DNA from: Ylistrum balloti
Lineage: Eukaryota
Assembly: GCF_031769215.1 (NCBI RefSeq)
Contig: NW_026782224.1
Coordinates: 124,001-188,000 of the forward strand
DNA: 64,000 bases
Direction: 5' to 3'
In this document: positions 1-14,150 of the stretch, one piece after another
Layout: each line of letters opens with the position of its first letter
How positions within the stretch are numbered: position 1 is the first letter of the stretch
Program-made: the position numbers and the translations under genes
Notes under the pieces: model-generated
Told to the model about the DNA's origin: nothing
Database searches by the model: none
Seen by the model: only the letters and a program-made list of their open reading frames with translations

Positions 1-588
1 CACTAACACACACCCACACCCTCCACCACACATACTCACACACACCACACCCTCCACCACACATACTCACACACACCCACATCCTCAACCACAAATACTC
101 ACACACACCCACACCCTCCACCACACATACTCACACACACACACACCCTCCACCACACATACTCACACACACCCACACCCTCCACCACACATACTCACAC
201 ACACCCACACCCTCCACCACACATACTCACACACACCCACACCCTTCACCACACATACACACACAAACACCCTCCACCACACATACTCACACACCCACAC
301 CCTCCACCACACATGTTCACACACACCCTCCACCACACATACTCACACACACCCACACCCTCCACCACACATACTCACACACACCCACACCCTCCACCAC
401 ATACACACACACCCACACCCTCCATCACACATACTCACACACTCACACCCTCCACCACACACTCAAACACACACACACACTCACACCTTCCACTACACAC
501 TCACACACACCCTCAACCACACACTTACACAAACCCACACCCTTCACCACACACTCACACACACCCACACCCTCCACCACACACCATT
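1..588. repeat. CA-rich minisatellite, ~29-33-bp unit (ccacaccctccaccacacatactcacacac), truncated by window edge
   Basis: Direct tandem repetition; explains the His/Thr/Pro ORF 313-624. Confidence 0.95.
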
Positions 589-714
589 CCATTAAAACAA
601 ACTGGGATAATACTATCTAGATAACAAGTACAAGACCACACACTCACACACTTGTTTCTCTCACACCCTTCACTCACACACCATCTCTCATTAAAACTTT
701 TTTCTCTGGATCAA

Positions 715-1100
715 TTCTCTCTATCAGCCCTTTTTTCTCTCTATCAGCCCCTTTTTTCTCTCCATCAGCCCCTTTTTTTCTCTCTATCAGTCCCTTTTTT
801 CTCTCCATCAGCCCCTTTTTTCTCTCTATCAGCCCTTTTTTCGCTCTATCAGCCCCTTTTTTCTCTCTATCAGCCCTTTTTTTCTCTCCATCAGCCCTTT
901 TTTCTCTCTATCAGCCCCTTTTTCTCTCTATCAGCCCTTTTTTCTCTCTATCAGCCCCTTTTTTCTCTCCATCAGCCCCTTTTTTCTCTCTATCAGTCCC
1001 TTTTTTCTCTCCATCAGCCCCTTTTTTTCTCTCTATCAGCCCTTTTTTCGCTCTATCAGCCCCTTTTTTCTCTCTATCAGCCCTTTTTTTTCTCTATCCG
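715..1100. repeat. TC-rich minisatellite, ~20-22-bp unit (ctctatcagccccttttttct)
   Basis: Direct tandem repetition; explains the Phe/Ser/Leu ORF 652-1155. Confidence 0.95.
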
Positions 1101-2331
1101 CCTGAGAATCAAACTGGCACAGCTGGGAAGCAGAGGAAACTTACAATTTTTATAGAAAGATCCATGGTTCTAAAGAAATTAGCAAAACAAACTTTGACCA
1201 TCAAAACGAAACATAACCACCTGGCAGAAAGAAACCTTCAGTTTTCTCACAGTGAAATTCCATAACAAACAGAGTGCTAGAGTACTGAATTACTGGTAAG
1301 GTATCTCAAGCCAAGTCTTTGTTCTCTACTTTGTTTCCATTTTATATATATACTGCACTGTGAACAGACACAAACAAATACATAGAAAATTCAACGGGAG
1401 AGTACACAGGATAAGTATTCAGTGAAAAGAACAGAAACATGTTAAGAGTAATTGAACAATCAGCTGGCTGTTAATGATCGGAGTACACTTACACAAACTA
1501 CCTGTTTTTACCATACACATCCGTCACTCACCAGCAATTTTTTATTTGATACCGGTTACTTCCAATCAATAGACTAAACTAAAAATAAATTCCAGTTAGT
1601 TGTACCACCTATAGTTTACCAGCTTCTGATCAATACAGTATATATACCAGGCTTATCCAAGGGCACCTAAAATCACACAAGTTTAAAGTCCACATTCACT
1701 TGATTTAAACATGTAAAAAATTTGTTCCAGAAAATGGACGACAATGTTGTATAGCATATTCTACTTGACTGAGTAAGAATGAAAGACTGTCATATCAAAA
1801 TTGTGCTGCGTTTATTTATTTGCTTTAGTCACTAAGGAATATATGAAAAAACCAAGAAAAAGTCAATACCTGCTCTAATTTGTGTTTTTCACTTTTTCTG
1901 GGACAAGTACCACTCAAGTGATTTTCTTTCATATCATAAATCCAGAATTCGTAAAACTACTTGTTTCCACTATGTATACCAATAATATTACCGCTTTCAA
2001 ATTTTGATGGAAACACATTTTCCTGAGAATTTATAAACATACAGCAGTCTGCTGTAAATAAAGTAGAAAGAAACATTGTAATTCAATAATTTGCCTCATA
2101 AATTCAAATGTTAATCATATATGCAATGAATGCCATTGTCCTGACCCATCTTTTAGCTCATCACATTCAAACCAGTAGACCTATTAATTTTCAGTTTTTT
2201 CTATACACACCTTCCTATTCCAACAAATACTTTCAGAAAATTTTAAAAGGAAACTTCCACAGGAAAGTGCATACCTGAATTTTTACAGCTACTTTGTCAA
2301 TCCTACAACAAGTCCATGAGACCTGGCCCCA

Positions 2332-2485
2332 CTTGTATAAAACATCTCAGCTTGAGATTTACTCAAGTCGAGATTTTCCTCAGCTAATATCTCCTTGAAA
2401 ATATCTTGTATGGAAATTCCTCAAGGAATTTCAGGACATCCTAGCCGAGGACTTCCTCCTGTTCCTTGAGAAAATTTTATACAAG
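2332..2485. mobile_element. Possible small degenerate MITE
   Basis: Inverted repeat cttgtataaaa (2332-2342) / ttttatacaag (2475-2485); no clear TSD. Confidence 0.3.
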
Positions 2486-2493
2486 CTGTATAT

Positions 2494-2850
2494 GCTGACT
2501 TTAACCTGAATGTCTAGTGTAAGCACACTGAAATGTCATAACCTGTACACAGTTGACTTATTGCTGACTTTAGCCTGAATATCTAGTGTAAACACACTGA
2601 AATGTCATAACCTGGACACAGTTGACTTATTGCTGACTTTAGCCTGAATATCTAGTGTAAACACACTGAAATGTCATAACCTGGACACAGTTGACTTATT
2701 GCTGACTTTAGCCTGAATATCTAGTGTAAACACACTGAAATGTCGTAACCTGGACACAGTTGACTTATTACTGACTTTAACCTAAATGTCTAGTGTAACC
2801 ACACTGAAATGTCATAATATGGACATGGTTGACTTACCACTGATTTAACC
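2494..2850. repeat. 69-bp tandem repeat, ~5 copies
   Basis: gctgacttt motif recurs at 2494, 2563, 2632, 2701, 2770. Confidence 0.95.
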
Positions 2851-4329
2851 TGGAATGTGAAGCATGGAACACTAATAAATATGGTGTCATAAAATTCAAG
2901 TTGTCTTGGTCAGGGGAAACATTCCACATTTGAGGGAATGACCAGCATGGAAAGCCAAAAGCGTGTGTGAAGATATGAGACTTAAAGAAGTAAAAGTTTA
3001 TTAAGGAAGAACAAGAGATATAAATATTATATTGTCTTATAATAGTAGAAATGAGAACATTCCATGCACAGTTCCCTCTGCCCCCCCCCCCCCCCCTTTC
3101 CCACCCCCGAACTGTAGACAAACTTTTAAATATGTGGAGATATGTTATAAACACATAATTTTGAAGAGAGAAAAAAGAGGTTTCAGATACATCACAAATC
3201 AATATATATGAAAGTATTAAAAGGCAGAAAAATAAATCCCACAATCTTTATCAATATAAAGCAAGATAAGAGATTTCTTGAGCTGGATAATGGCTTAATC
3301 TCTTTCATTCATTTTTTAATACGTTTTGTAAATTCCTTTAAGCTGACATCTACATGTAACCATGCATATCACGGTGACAGAATTGATCACAAAGCACTGA
3401 TTTAGATCAGGGTCTACCAGACCATGTACAGAATCTCTAGACCAGCTGTTATATACAGTCCCAGGTCATCACACATTTATCTATAATATCTTAAAATCTG
3501 TCTGCATTCTAAGTGCACTTTTCATCCTGTCTTGTTTTATACCACAAATGGGCCTGTAACATCTCATCTATAAACACTCTCATCATAAGATCAGCTATCA
3601 ACTGAAATCTTTTTCTAAACAGATCAATATACAGAGAAAGTGGAAGGTTTAATTCAACCTTATATCATATTGTTCAACTTCACTCAGTGTTAATTTCACC
3701 CTAAAGTACCTACAATAAATATTTTAGCTTTGTCATCAAATTGTCACCAACATCCATTTATTTTCTTCGGATTCATCAAATTGCAAAAAAGAAAAATTTA
3801 CAAGGGATAAAAACAGAATAATGTTACAAACAGTTAAAAGTCTGGGAATTCCTATCTTGCAGGAGTTTCCATATATACTTAATACAAGTGGTATACAGAT
3901 CAAAATTTCTATATAAGTCTACGGTAATTAATTATCTACTGAATCCAGGTCAACTACCACCTCTTTTAAGTGATCAATACTGACCAACAAAATTAATCCG
4001 TGTTGATTATATCTATTAATCTGTTAGAAAGACTGTAGCACTATTGATCCCGTGTGGCCCTTTCATCTTACTATACTCCTTGCTAAAAACAGCAAATTCT
4101 CTCTTTATTAGAAAGCAGATGGAACTGCAGTATAAACACGTGTCCGACCCTAAACTCAAGCCTTACACTGATAATGAATTTCCGTTTATTGGTTTAAAAC
4201 CAACAATTTGCCAATGAAATATGAATAAATATTTCGAACTTGACCTTCGTCTCTGACCTGATGCCCTTGGCCTGTGGTCAGTCAAATTCTCATTTGATTT
4301 CAGTTCATAACCCTCCGTAATATATAAGT

Positions 4330-4730
4330 AAATATACATCTCTAGCATTTAAAATCAGATAGTCTTTGCTGTATATTCCCATTCCTATATATAGTAATGG
4401 TGACCTTGACCTTTAAGCATGAAAAACATTTGAATTGCTGTAAAGAAGCAGCAGAGAAAGTCTGATTGTAAACATATTAACAGAACTAAGCACGTTTGCG
4501 GAAACAAATTTTCTTCCAATACAGTAACTATAACCTTGACCTTTGACCTTAGGACCTGAAAATCATTCCCATTTAAACATTTCCTTCAAAGAAAATGGGG
4601 TAAAGCTTCAGGCCAATTGGCCCAACAAAACTGGAGATGTATGTACTATACTGAAACAAAAAACAGACAGATGGACAGACACCCTGATTATAATAGGGCA
4701 CCCGCATCTTAGACTTAAGAATCCTAGTTA
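4330..4730 (+). mobile_element. Degenerate pearl/HINE-like non-autonomous element remnant
   Basis: tgaccttgacctt core motifs followed by acagacagatggacagac microsatellite-like tail, the same architecture as other copies in the window. Confidence 0.4.
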
Positions 4731-5429
4731 GGTTTGAAATAAATGAAATTAAATCTGTTGAAAATCAATCAGGACAAATTTGCCTAAAAGCACAAAAAAA
4801 AAGAAGATATGAATCCTTTTCACCAATGAGATGATATGGGTAAACCATTGATAGTATATCTATAGGTCTACAAGGAACATGATGCTTCATATATTTTGAT
4901 AGATTCCAGAGACAGCAGTCCATGCAATGGCTAAGAAAGAGCCAAAATTTTAATTTGATACTGATAAACATTGGAATATCTCTATTTTGTGTTATACTTG
5001 ATAGCACTACTGTGAAATACCTGTGATTAATTTCTAAAAAAAAAATGGTTACCACTACACTGGATTATGAACAAATACATATGTACGTACCCTGTTGAAG
5101 CACGTCAGAAGATGTAAAACTGAAATACTGCTATAATACCTTGTTATGTGAAGATATTGGATAACAATGACAAGTCCAGATGCTATCTATTGCTAGTGGA
5201 CACATGCGTACACAGAACAGTAAACACAGGGAAATCCCCAGAGGAGTTCAAGGAACTTCTATAGAAGTTCCTCCAAGGTTGTGGCCTGGAGCTGAACTGT
5301 CACTGAGGAGCTGTCACAGATAGAAACCAATTACTTTAAACAAATCACCAGCAGATTGTTGGAACAGCCTTCAGGCTAAGGAATCAATCAGTTTTCCTGG
5401 AGCCTGTTGAAATTTTCTCTTTTTAATAT

Positions 5430-5866
5430 TGCATTTTAGCACTAAATCAACTTGTCAATATTCCTCTACCTTCACTTTTACATCTTAATTACATTATTTT
5501 AGCACTAAATCAACTTGTCAATATTCCTCTACCTTCACTTTTACATCTTAATTACATTATTTTAGCACTAAATCTACTTGTCAATATTCCTCTACCTTCA
5601 CTTTTACATCTTAATTACATTATTTTAGCACTAAATCAACTTGTCAATATTCCTCTACCTTCACTTTTACATCTTAATTACATTATTTTAGCACTAAATC
5701 AACTTGTCAATATTCCTCTACCTTCACTTTTACATCTTAATTACATTATTTTAGCACTAAATCAACTTGTCAATATTCCTCTACCTTCACTTTTACATCT
5801 TAATTACATTATTTTAGCACTAAATCAACTTGTCAATATTCCTCTACCTTCACTTTTACATTATTT
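5430..5866. repeat. 63-bp tandem repeat, ~7 near-identical copies
   Basis: agcactaaatc recurs at 5438, 5501, 5564 and onward. Confidence 0.95.
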
Positions 5867-8254
5867 TGAATAATCACTATAAATACGTAGTGTACTTGGA
5901 ATAATTTTTTTTTACATTTTATCTGAAACTGATGTAATTCAGAACTCTCTCCTATTTAGAAATGGCACTTCCAAAATTGCTTGTATAATTATACATGTGG
6001 TATCTTTGTATTGATGATTTGTTAATAAAACCTTTTCCAAATCAGTTTTATTTGTAAATATCCTATGTTGACGTGTGAAATTTATATAAATTTCACCTTG
6101 TAGAAATATTTCCACGTAGCCTTCAGCTTATAAAGGGCCTCATTTTTCGACAGAAACTTTCTCTAAATGTGATTATTTGCTAGCTCACATTTAATGTCAG
6201 AGCTTGAGGTTATTAAATATTTTTTCACAATGTTGTAGTTTTTGTCACAGATGGAGTCAATTTTCTCTGTGGTTGACATTTCTTCACATTTTCATCTGAT
6301 GAAATTTGACCAGATTTTCTTCTCTTAACTTAATTGCTGCAATCTAGGTAGCTGTAGAACTGAGCACCATCACCCTAAGGAGAATACATGTAGTACATTC
6401 TGTGCCATAAAATGTGATGTGAGGTGGCACTTATGGTAATTACATGTGTTAAAAGGTGTGGATATCAATGTCACATAATCTTCTCTGTTGTAAAAAAGAA
6501 ACACAACTCCAAATCTATATTTCTACCTTGGGTTATTAGATTTGGAAAAAGCTGTAACCAATTACAAAAGCTGAAAGATATTCTTCACCAATATACCTTA
6601 ATTAAAGATCTATAAAACTGATGTTCTTTAACTCTGGTGGTTTTTACTTCTCAACTGCAAGAAGCTGAAAAACAAAATGCGCAAAAGGCCGTTACCAATG
6701 TGGCTGAGTTCCTGGACAAGACATTTTACCTTAATAACTCTTGATGTCAAGTGAAGTATCTTGTTCATTAAGGTAGCCACTAACTACTACAAGGACTTTA
6801 AAATGACACTGGCTGTTCATGAGGCAAGAAACCTAACAAGCAACATAAAAAGTACATGGAAAGACACAAAACTGTACAGCAAGTGTGTACCCCAAAAATT
6901 ATTTCAAAATGTGCACACCAATTGTCTAACAAACATAGCATATTGCACATATTATCACACTGTTTAATATCACTTTACTGTTTAATATCACTTTTCACTG
7001 CCATCGTGCTGTGATAAATAGAACATGATATAATGAGGAATCCAATGAAACTTGTTCAAAACAATATGTACAGGCTGTATTGATTTTGTCAGTTCAAATC
7101 TGTGAAGTCTGCATTCCAGCTAACTGCAAATCATCCTCGTATTTGGAATTTGCATGTCCTGACTTTGAGCATGCAGCACTAGCTAGCACACGATAGAACC
7201 AATTACTTTACAGCTATTGGTTTAATGAGTTATTAAAGCAACACAAATGTCATTATCAATGGGGCCATCACCTAGGATCTGTTCAAAAGAGTTTCATAAT
7301 GGGAAGTAATACAATTATACAATACTGGTGGAAGTCAATCTACAGAGATAAAATATCGATATAAATGGAAAAGATTAAAACTGGCAAATTAGTGAAAACC
7401 TTGGGCTAAAATTCATTCTTTATCAGAATGCATTACATTATGATTGCTACTCCAGCTCCGTAACAGATACTTTTCACCTATACACCAAATACTGCATGTT
7501 TCATGCACTTTGTAGACACTTCACAAGCACAAACAAAAACAAATTTCAATAACATGGCCTCTAGAACCCTAGTTCTAAAATTACAATCTTATGTATATAA
7601 TGATATATTATAATATAATGATTGCGTCTATCCTTAATCACCTACCTTACTGTTCTATTATACACACACATAGAAGTAGGAGCAGACAAAAGATTCTTAT
7701 ACTGCAATACAACATTCTTACAAAAAGACTTTTGTAACAACAACAGTATCAATGAATCTGATAAATGCTCTCTGAAAACAACATTATTGGACACAAAATT
7801 AAAGGGCAAAAACTCTGTAAATAAGGGGTTTCAGGTACTGAATTCAGTATGCCATATATCCACTTAGTATGACCAATGTATACACAAAGTTTCATGATCC
7901 TTGCTGAACTATGACTATGGGCAAAGTTATGCTCCAGACATGAAGGGATGGATGGACAAAGACTTTATGCTTCCCCCACCCCAAGACAAATATTTATTTT
8001 GTTTCTTAAGAATTGTGACTGAAAATATCTATATTTTCCTCGAGTGTGACAGAGAATATTAATATTTTTCACGAGTGACAGAGAATATCTATATTTTTTA
8101 CATGAGTGTGGCAGAGAATATCTCTATTTTTCATGAATGAAGCATGAGATAAGAAATATGAAAGATGAATAGTTCAACCAAAAGGAAGTATTTCTATTGC
8201 ATGTAAATCAACTGAACACTTATCAGACATACTACTGATTCATATATATATACA

Positions 8255-8575
8255 TTGATATTTAAATTTAAGTTTGTTGGGTTTATGGCCCTTTGAACAC
8301 GTAAGGTCATGGTCATATTTAAATGAGGATTTTTGTAGTAGCTGGTGGCTATCTAACTGAACAGTATATGGGAGGTCCATCATATGCTATCCAGAGTAAT
8401 GTGGAAAAAGTGTCTTGTCTTAGGACACCACCACAACAGCACAGACTGTATCTGAGCCTCTTGAGAAACACAAACTGCCATTGGTAGGTTACATGGAATT
8501 GCACATCTTGGACCTTCACCTAAAGATATTTAGACCTGAACAGTAACCAAATGAGCTATTGCAAGCCCCTAAAGG
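8255..8575 (+). mobile_element. Possible CORE-SINE-like remnant
   Basis: aagtgtcttgtctaggacaccac resembles the aagtgtcttgcccaaggacac core motif of CORE-type SINEs (recalled, not aligned). Confidence 0.3.
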
Positions 8576-9626
8576 CACTGAAGACATACTTTAATTTCAA
8601 ACTAAAAGATAATTTCACTATTTCATTTTCTGTTTCCTGACTAAAGTACACTTCTAACTGAGGAGAAAGCACACATACATGAAACTTGTATCTCATATCC
8701 AGTAGAACTTAACACCAATCACTTATACTACCTGCCCAGTAGATAAGGTTGTTTTCATCAAACAAATGCATTAGCCAGGGTACCATTGAACACTACCTTA
8801 ATTTATCAACAACCTTCAAAAATACTACTCATAGTCAAGTCAATATAAATCACACTATTGTAGACTCAATTTATAAATTAAAGTAAACCAGAAGGAAGGA
8901 TTCTTCAGAATGGCATAGCTTGTTCCTAATAGACCACGCATGTACTTAACTAATTCTTCATTATAGAAAACTCACACCATCAGACAAAAGCCAACTGTGA
9001 TTTGAATGTATCTTAATATTCACATGGTCGTCGGAGACCGATTCCAGTTATAAGTTCTCTCCCCTAAGTAAACATTATGAATTTATCTTCCCTGAATAAA
9101 TTTTACAGGTATAAATTTTTTCCTCTGGATAATCTTGAAGTTTTCTTATTCAAGTCAACTTTACACCTTCAAATGACCTTCACAGACAGATTTTGGTCTT
9201 TCCCTCGGATACCAGTTCACAGAATATCATAATGTGTTAGAAAACTTAAGAACACAGTGTCCAGTGATATATAATAATGACCACCTTAATCTTAGACACA
9301 GTCTACTTTTTGATAGGCTAGTTGGTATGCATGGCTTTGATCTCATCTCTAAGCATGTTGTAATTTATGCATTTAAATTCTGAAAACCACTGTGCCCAGT
9401 CCTGTAAGCAGCATGTCCCTCAGATGATCTATGGTATCTTAAAATACTTAGGAAAAGCTTTGTTATATTATTCAAGGTCCTGCGACAAAATTAAATCTTG
9501 CATATGTTACACATCTGAGTATAAATCTTCAAAGTTCACATACATGAATATAAACATTTACAAAATCAGATGTTCACACCAACACAGATCATACTTCAAA
9601 CTCTGATGTAAATTCCTTTTTCCAAT

Positions 9627-10024
9627 ACATGTATTTTCTGTATCACATGTATTTTCTGTATCACATGTATTTTCTGTATCACATGTATTTTCTATATCAC
9701 ATGTATTTTCTGTATCACATGTATTTTCTATATCACATGTATTTTCTATATCACATGTATTTTCTGTATCACATGTATTTTCTGTATCACATGTATTTTC
9801 TGTATCACATGTATTTTCTGTATCACATGTATTTTCTGTATCACATGTATTTTCTGTATCACATGTATTTTCTGTATCACATGTATTTTCTGTATCACAT
9901 GTATTTTCTGTATCACATGTATTTTCTATATCACATGTATTTTCTGTATCACATGTATTTTCTGTATCACATGTATTTTCTGTATCACATGTATTTTCTG
10001 TATCACATGTATTTTCTGTATCAC
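9627..10024. repeat. 18-bp minisatellite (acatgtattttctgtatc), ~22 copies
   Basis: Direct tandem repetition; generates spurious CDTENT and MYFLYH ORFs. Confidence 0.97.
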
Positions 10025-11474
10025 AGTCAAACTTGCCAGTAGGAAGTATGGAATCAGTTATCGAGTGATTACTACAAACACTTGCACACAAAGGTCATTA
10101 TCAAAGTTCTCTATAACTAAGACGAACATATAAGCTAGGACTTTTCCCTACTACACTTTTACTGAATTCATTATCGTTACCCAAATGTGGTCAACCTATA
10201 GCACAGTTATATGCAATGGTATATAACAATAATATTTTCACATCTGTCAACACAATGCCCAGCTCCTTAAATTATTGATATCAGGTTCCTAATGGAATGA
10301 TAAAACGGTAAAATATAACAAGGTTTTTACAGACTAAAAATATAATTAATTAAAAAGAAACTTCAACAATCAATAGTTTTCTTTGATCATTCTGTGTAAA
10401 ACATCCTAATCTCACCTGGATCAATACATCACTATTAACACCGGTCATTAACTGTACATTCACTCATCCACAATATAGAGCTACTTACCTGATCTATTTT
10501 TATCAGTTTGTATACAAATATTGTGATAATCATATTTAATATTTTCTTTTTAACCTTTGAGTTCACAAATATGTCCTTGTTGATTGTCTTAGATGTCTAT
10601 AACGACTACAGTGCATCTAAATCCTATCAAGTGCATGTGTTTCTAATTCATTAGGTGTGAATTGTGAACTTTACATATCTATTCTTTTATCACTATATAT
10701 TAATTACGATAATTAAATGGTAGATTCCAAGGTGCTTATTGAAATCTTATCTTTCTAATTCTCATAATATTGACATTTCTCGACAACAAATTTTACAATG
10801 AGTATATTAAGGTAACACCACTATATCTTTCTAAATGTTACAATTTTTAACAATTCAATACTGATGTCTTACATGTACATATGGATATTTCATGTCTACA
10901 TTTATATATATGTATATATTTTTTATGACAATTAAATTAACCTCATAAATATATATATCAATATTTCAAACTTAGATTAGATTAGATAAGAAAGCATAAA
11001 CGGTTGTTATTTACAGACCTCTGATGTATGCAAGTAAAATAACTGCATGCATGATTAAATATATAAATTTTTAAAGAAGCTATTATTCCAAGATTCATAT
11101 AATTTGCATCGTTTCCAATCTTTTTCACTAATGAAAGCCTTAAGCAAATGGCTAACATAACTGACATATAAAGACCTTGGCCTAAAACTAGGAAAGAATT
11201 TTGACATAATTTTAAAAAGCACATGTACAACTAAGTTGATTTCATTAATACCATACTGATGTGTCTACTGTGGTCTCTAACGGGATTCTAAGAGATTGAT
11301 TCATGTTTCCTTTCAAGACAATTTGTCTATCTTATACCATATAGGCGATCACACTTTTGTTTACTTACTATGATACACTCATTAAACATGTAAAAACTGA
11401 TTTAATTTAGTACAATTTTAACTATTAAAGATAAAATATACTAAATGTCTAGATCCACCTGAAACTTATGTCAA

Positions 11475-11723
11475 GATACACCTGTAACCTGCATTCAGGT
11501 CTACCTGTAACTACAGATTTACCTGTAACTACAGATATACTGTAACCTCCTGATTTACCTTTAACTACAGATATACCTGTATCCTTCAGATTTACCTGTA
11601 ACCTGCATTCAGGCCTACCTGTAACCTACAGATTTACCTGTAACCTACAGATGTACCTGTAACCTACTGATTTACCTGTATCCTACAGATTTACCTGTAA
11701 CCTATGTCAAGATCTACCTGCAA
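11475..11723. repeat. Left arm of the acctgtaacctacag (19-23-bp) minisatellite, split by a TIR element
   Basis: Same monomers as 12335-13275. Confidence 0.9.
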
Positions 11724-12334
11724 CAGGCTGTCAACCAAGTCTTCTCCAAAATAAAGGAGGAATATAGAAATATTTTTTCAACAAATATAGGGTTTTTTTT
11801 GATAGTTTTGAGGCAAAATATAGGAGTTTTTTGATAGTTTTGAGGCAAAATATAGGAGTTTTCCAAACGGAAATCATTTCATTCAAAGGCAATTATACTA
11901 ACAATTCCTACATTCACTTACTGTTTCTATATTAATCAATGATTAAAAACTACCTTAAAGTAACCATTCACTTCAACAGCATCACAATCCAGACAGAGAG
12001 CTGCTGCATAGCTCATCATCATCATCATCATCAACATCTGAATGGGCACCTAAAAGGCCAATATCCTGTTGTACTGCCTTGCAAAGTGTCCATACAGGTG
12101 ATAAAGAGATGCACTGAATCATTTTCTGGTGGCTGGTGATGCTGTTAAAGACTTAAGAATTCTCTAACTTGTAAAATAATGCAGCCAAAAGCAGTATCAA
12201 AGAAATATTTACAATCTCTACATGTATCAGCGACAAATTTCCTGAAAAATATAGGAAATATAGGTCTTTCAAAATAAAGGTTTTTAAACCAAAATATAGG
12301 AAATATAGGACTATAGGAATTGGTTGACAGCCTG
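11724..12334. mobile_element. 611-bp non-autonomous TIR DNA transposon (hAT-like)
   Basis: Perfect 15-bp TIRs caggctgtcaaccaa (11724-11738) / ttggttgacagcctg (12320-12334); flanks ctgcaa / ctgtaa (6-bp TSD, one mismatch); repeated subterminal aaatatagg motifs at both ends; no transposase ORF. Confidence 0.85.
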
Positions 12335-13275
12335 CTGTAACCTACAGTTTACTTATAACTTTGTCAAGATGTACCTGTAACCTGAATTCATAACAACCTG
12401 TTAACTACAAATTTATCTGTAGCTTCTGTCAGGATCTATCTGTAACCTACAGATTTACATGTTACCTACAGCTTTACCTGTTACCAACAGATATACCTGT
12501 AACCTATATCAGGATCTATCTGCAACCTACAGATTTACCTGTAACCTATGTCAGGATCTACCTGTTAACTACAGATGTACTTGTAACCTACAGGTTTACC
12601 TGTAACCTACAGATATACCTGTAACCTATATCAGGATCTATATGTAACCTACATATTTACCTGTAACCTATGTCAGGATCTACCTGTTAACTACAGATGT
12701 ACCTGTAACCTACAGGTTTACCTGTAACCTACAGATTAACTTGTAACCTACAGATTTACCTGTAACCTATGTCAGGATCTACCTGTTAACTACAGATGTA
12801 CCTGTAACCTACAGATGTACCTGTAACCTACAGGTTTACCTGTAACCTACAGATTAACTAGTAACCTACAGATTTACCTGTAACCTATGTCAGGATCTAC
12901 CTGTTAACTACAGATGTACCTGTAACCTACAGATGTACCTGTAACCTATGTCAAGATCTACCTGTTAACTACAGATGTACCTGTAACCTACTGGTTTACC
13001 TGTAACCTACAGATTAACTTGTAACCTACATATTTACCTGTAACCTACAGATTTACCTGTAACCTATGTCAGGATCTATCTGTAACCTACAGATTTACCT
13101 GTAACCTATGTCAGGATCTACCTGTTAACTACAGATGTACCTGTAACCTGCAGATTTACCTGTAACCTATGTCAGGATCTACCTGTAACCTACAGATTTA
13201 CCTGTAACCTATGTCAGGATCTATCTGTAACCTACAGATTTACCTGTAACTATGTCAAGATATACCTGTAACCTA
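12335..13275. repeat. Right arm of the acctgtaacctacag minisatellite with mixed 19- and 23-bp monomers
   Basis: Direct tandem repetition with recurring monomer order. Confidence 0.95.
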
Positions 13276-13783
13276 AATTTAGACCTACCTCTAATCTTTG
13301 GTAACAGAAAATCAATGTCTTATTTCCTTACTAATGTTTCCATTTGAATACAAGTGCACATGTACCAGAATGGTGAATTATTGATCAAAGTAAACCATCG
13401 TTAATCTTGATTCACCAAATGGTAATAGGAATCCTTTCCACTGTAAACATGCACTCAACATAATTGGATAAAAACCCTGAATGGGACGATAGCCTTTAAT
13501 TAACTTGTCTTGGAAATATATAATTAATCCCATGGAAAGGTAATATACAAAAGATACCATAATTGGTGCATTATTTCCAATTATAAGAATAAATCGTATA
13601 ATTCTTCTATTATGCTGCTTTTGCTTTTAAAAACAAAACCTTCTTTCCCCCTAAATCAACACAAGGCCCCTGTAATCTTGCACAAATGATTTTGTAATTC
13701 AACCTTACATTAACATCAATCAATATCTATCATACTGGATACAGTTTTCTAAACACTGATAACAAGATAAGACCTCTACCACG

Positions 13784-14150
13784 TGAACCAGGTACACTTT
13801 CCTTCACCTTGTGAACAAGATATGAACCAGGTACACTTTCCTAGACCTTGTGAACAAGGTATGAACCAAGTACACTTTCCTAGACCTTGTGAACAAGGTA
13901 TGAACCAGGTACACTTTCCTACACCTTGTGAACAAGATATGAACCAGGTACACTTTCCTACACCTTGTGAACAAGATATGAACCAGGTACACTTTCCTTC
14001 ACCTTGTGAACAAGATATGAACCAGGTACACTTTCCTAGACCTTGTGAACAAGATATGAACCAGGTACACTTTCCTACACCTTGTGAACAAGGTATGAAC
14101 CAGGTACACATTCCTAGACCTAGTGAACAAGATATGAACCAGTCAGTTTC
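13784..14150. repeat. 39-bp minisatellite, ~9 copies, with degenerate extension to ~14480
   Basis: Direct repetition; period divisible by 3 gives the MNQVHFPxPCEQx ORF. Confidence 0.95.

Noticed and set aside
313-1155. ORFs of 103 and 167 aa
   Set aside because: Translations of CA- and TC-rich minisatellites.
5251-5272. FRT recombinase site
   Set aside because: Contains gaagttcct half-site-like words but in the wrong arrangement and without the 8-bp spacer.
9558-10091. Cys-repeat protein (CDTENT)n and (MYFLYH)n
   Set aside because: 18-bp repeat open on both strands simply because the period is divisible by 3 and lacks stops; no splice or homology support.
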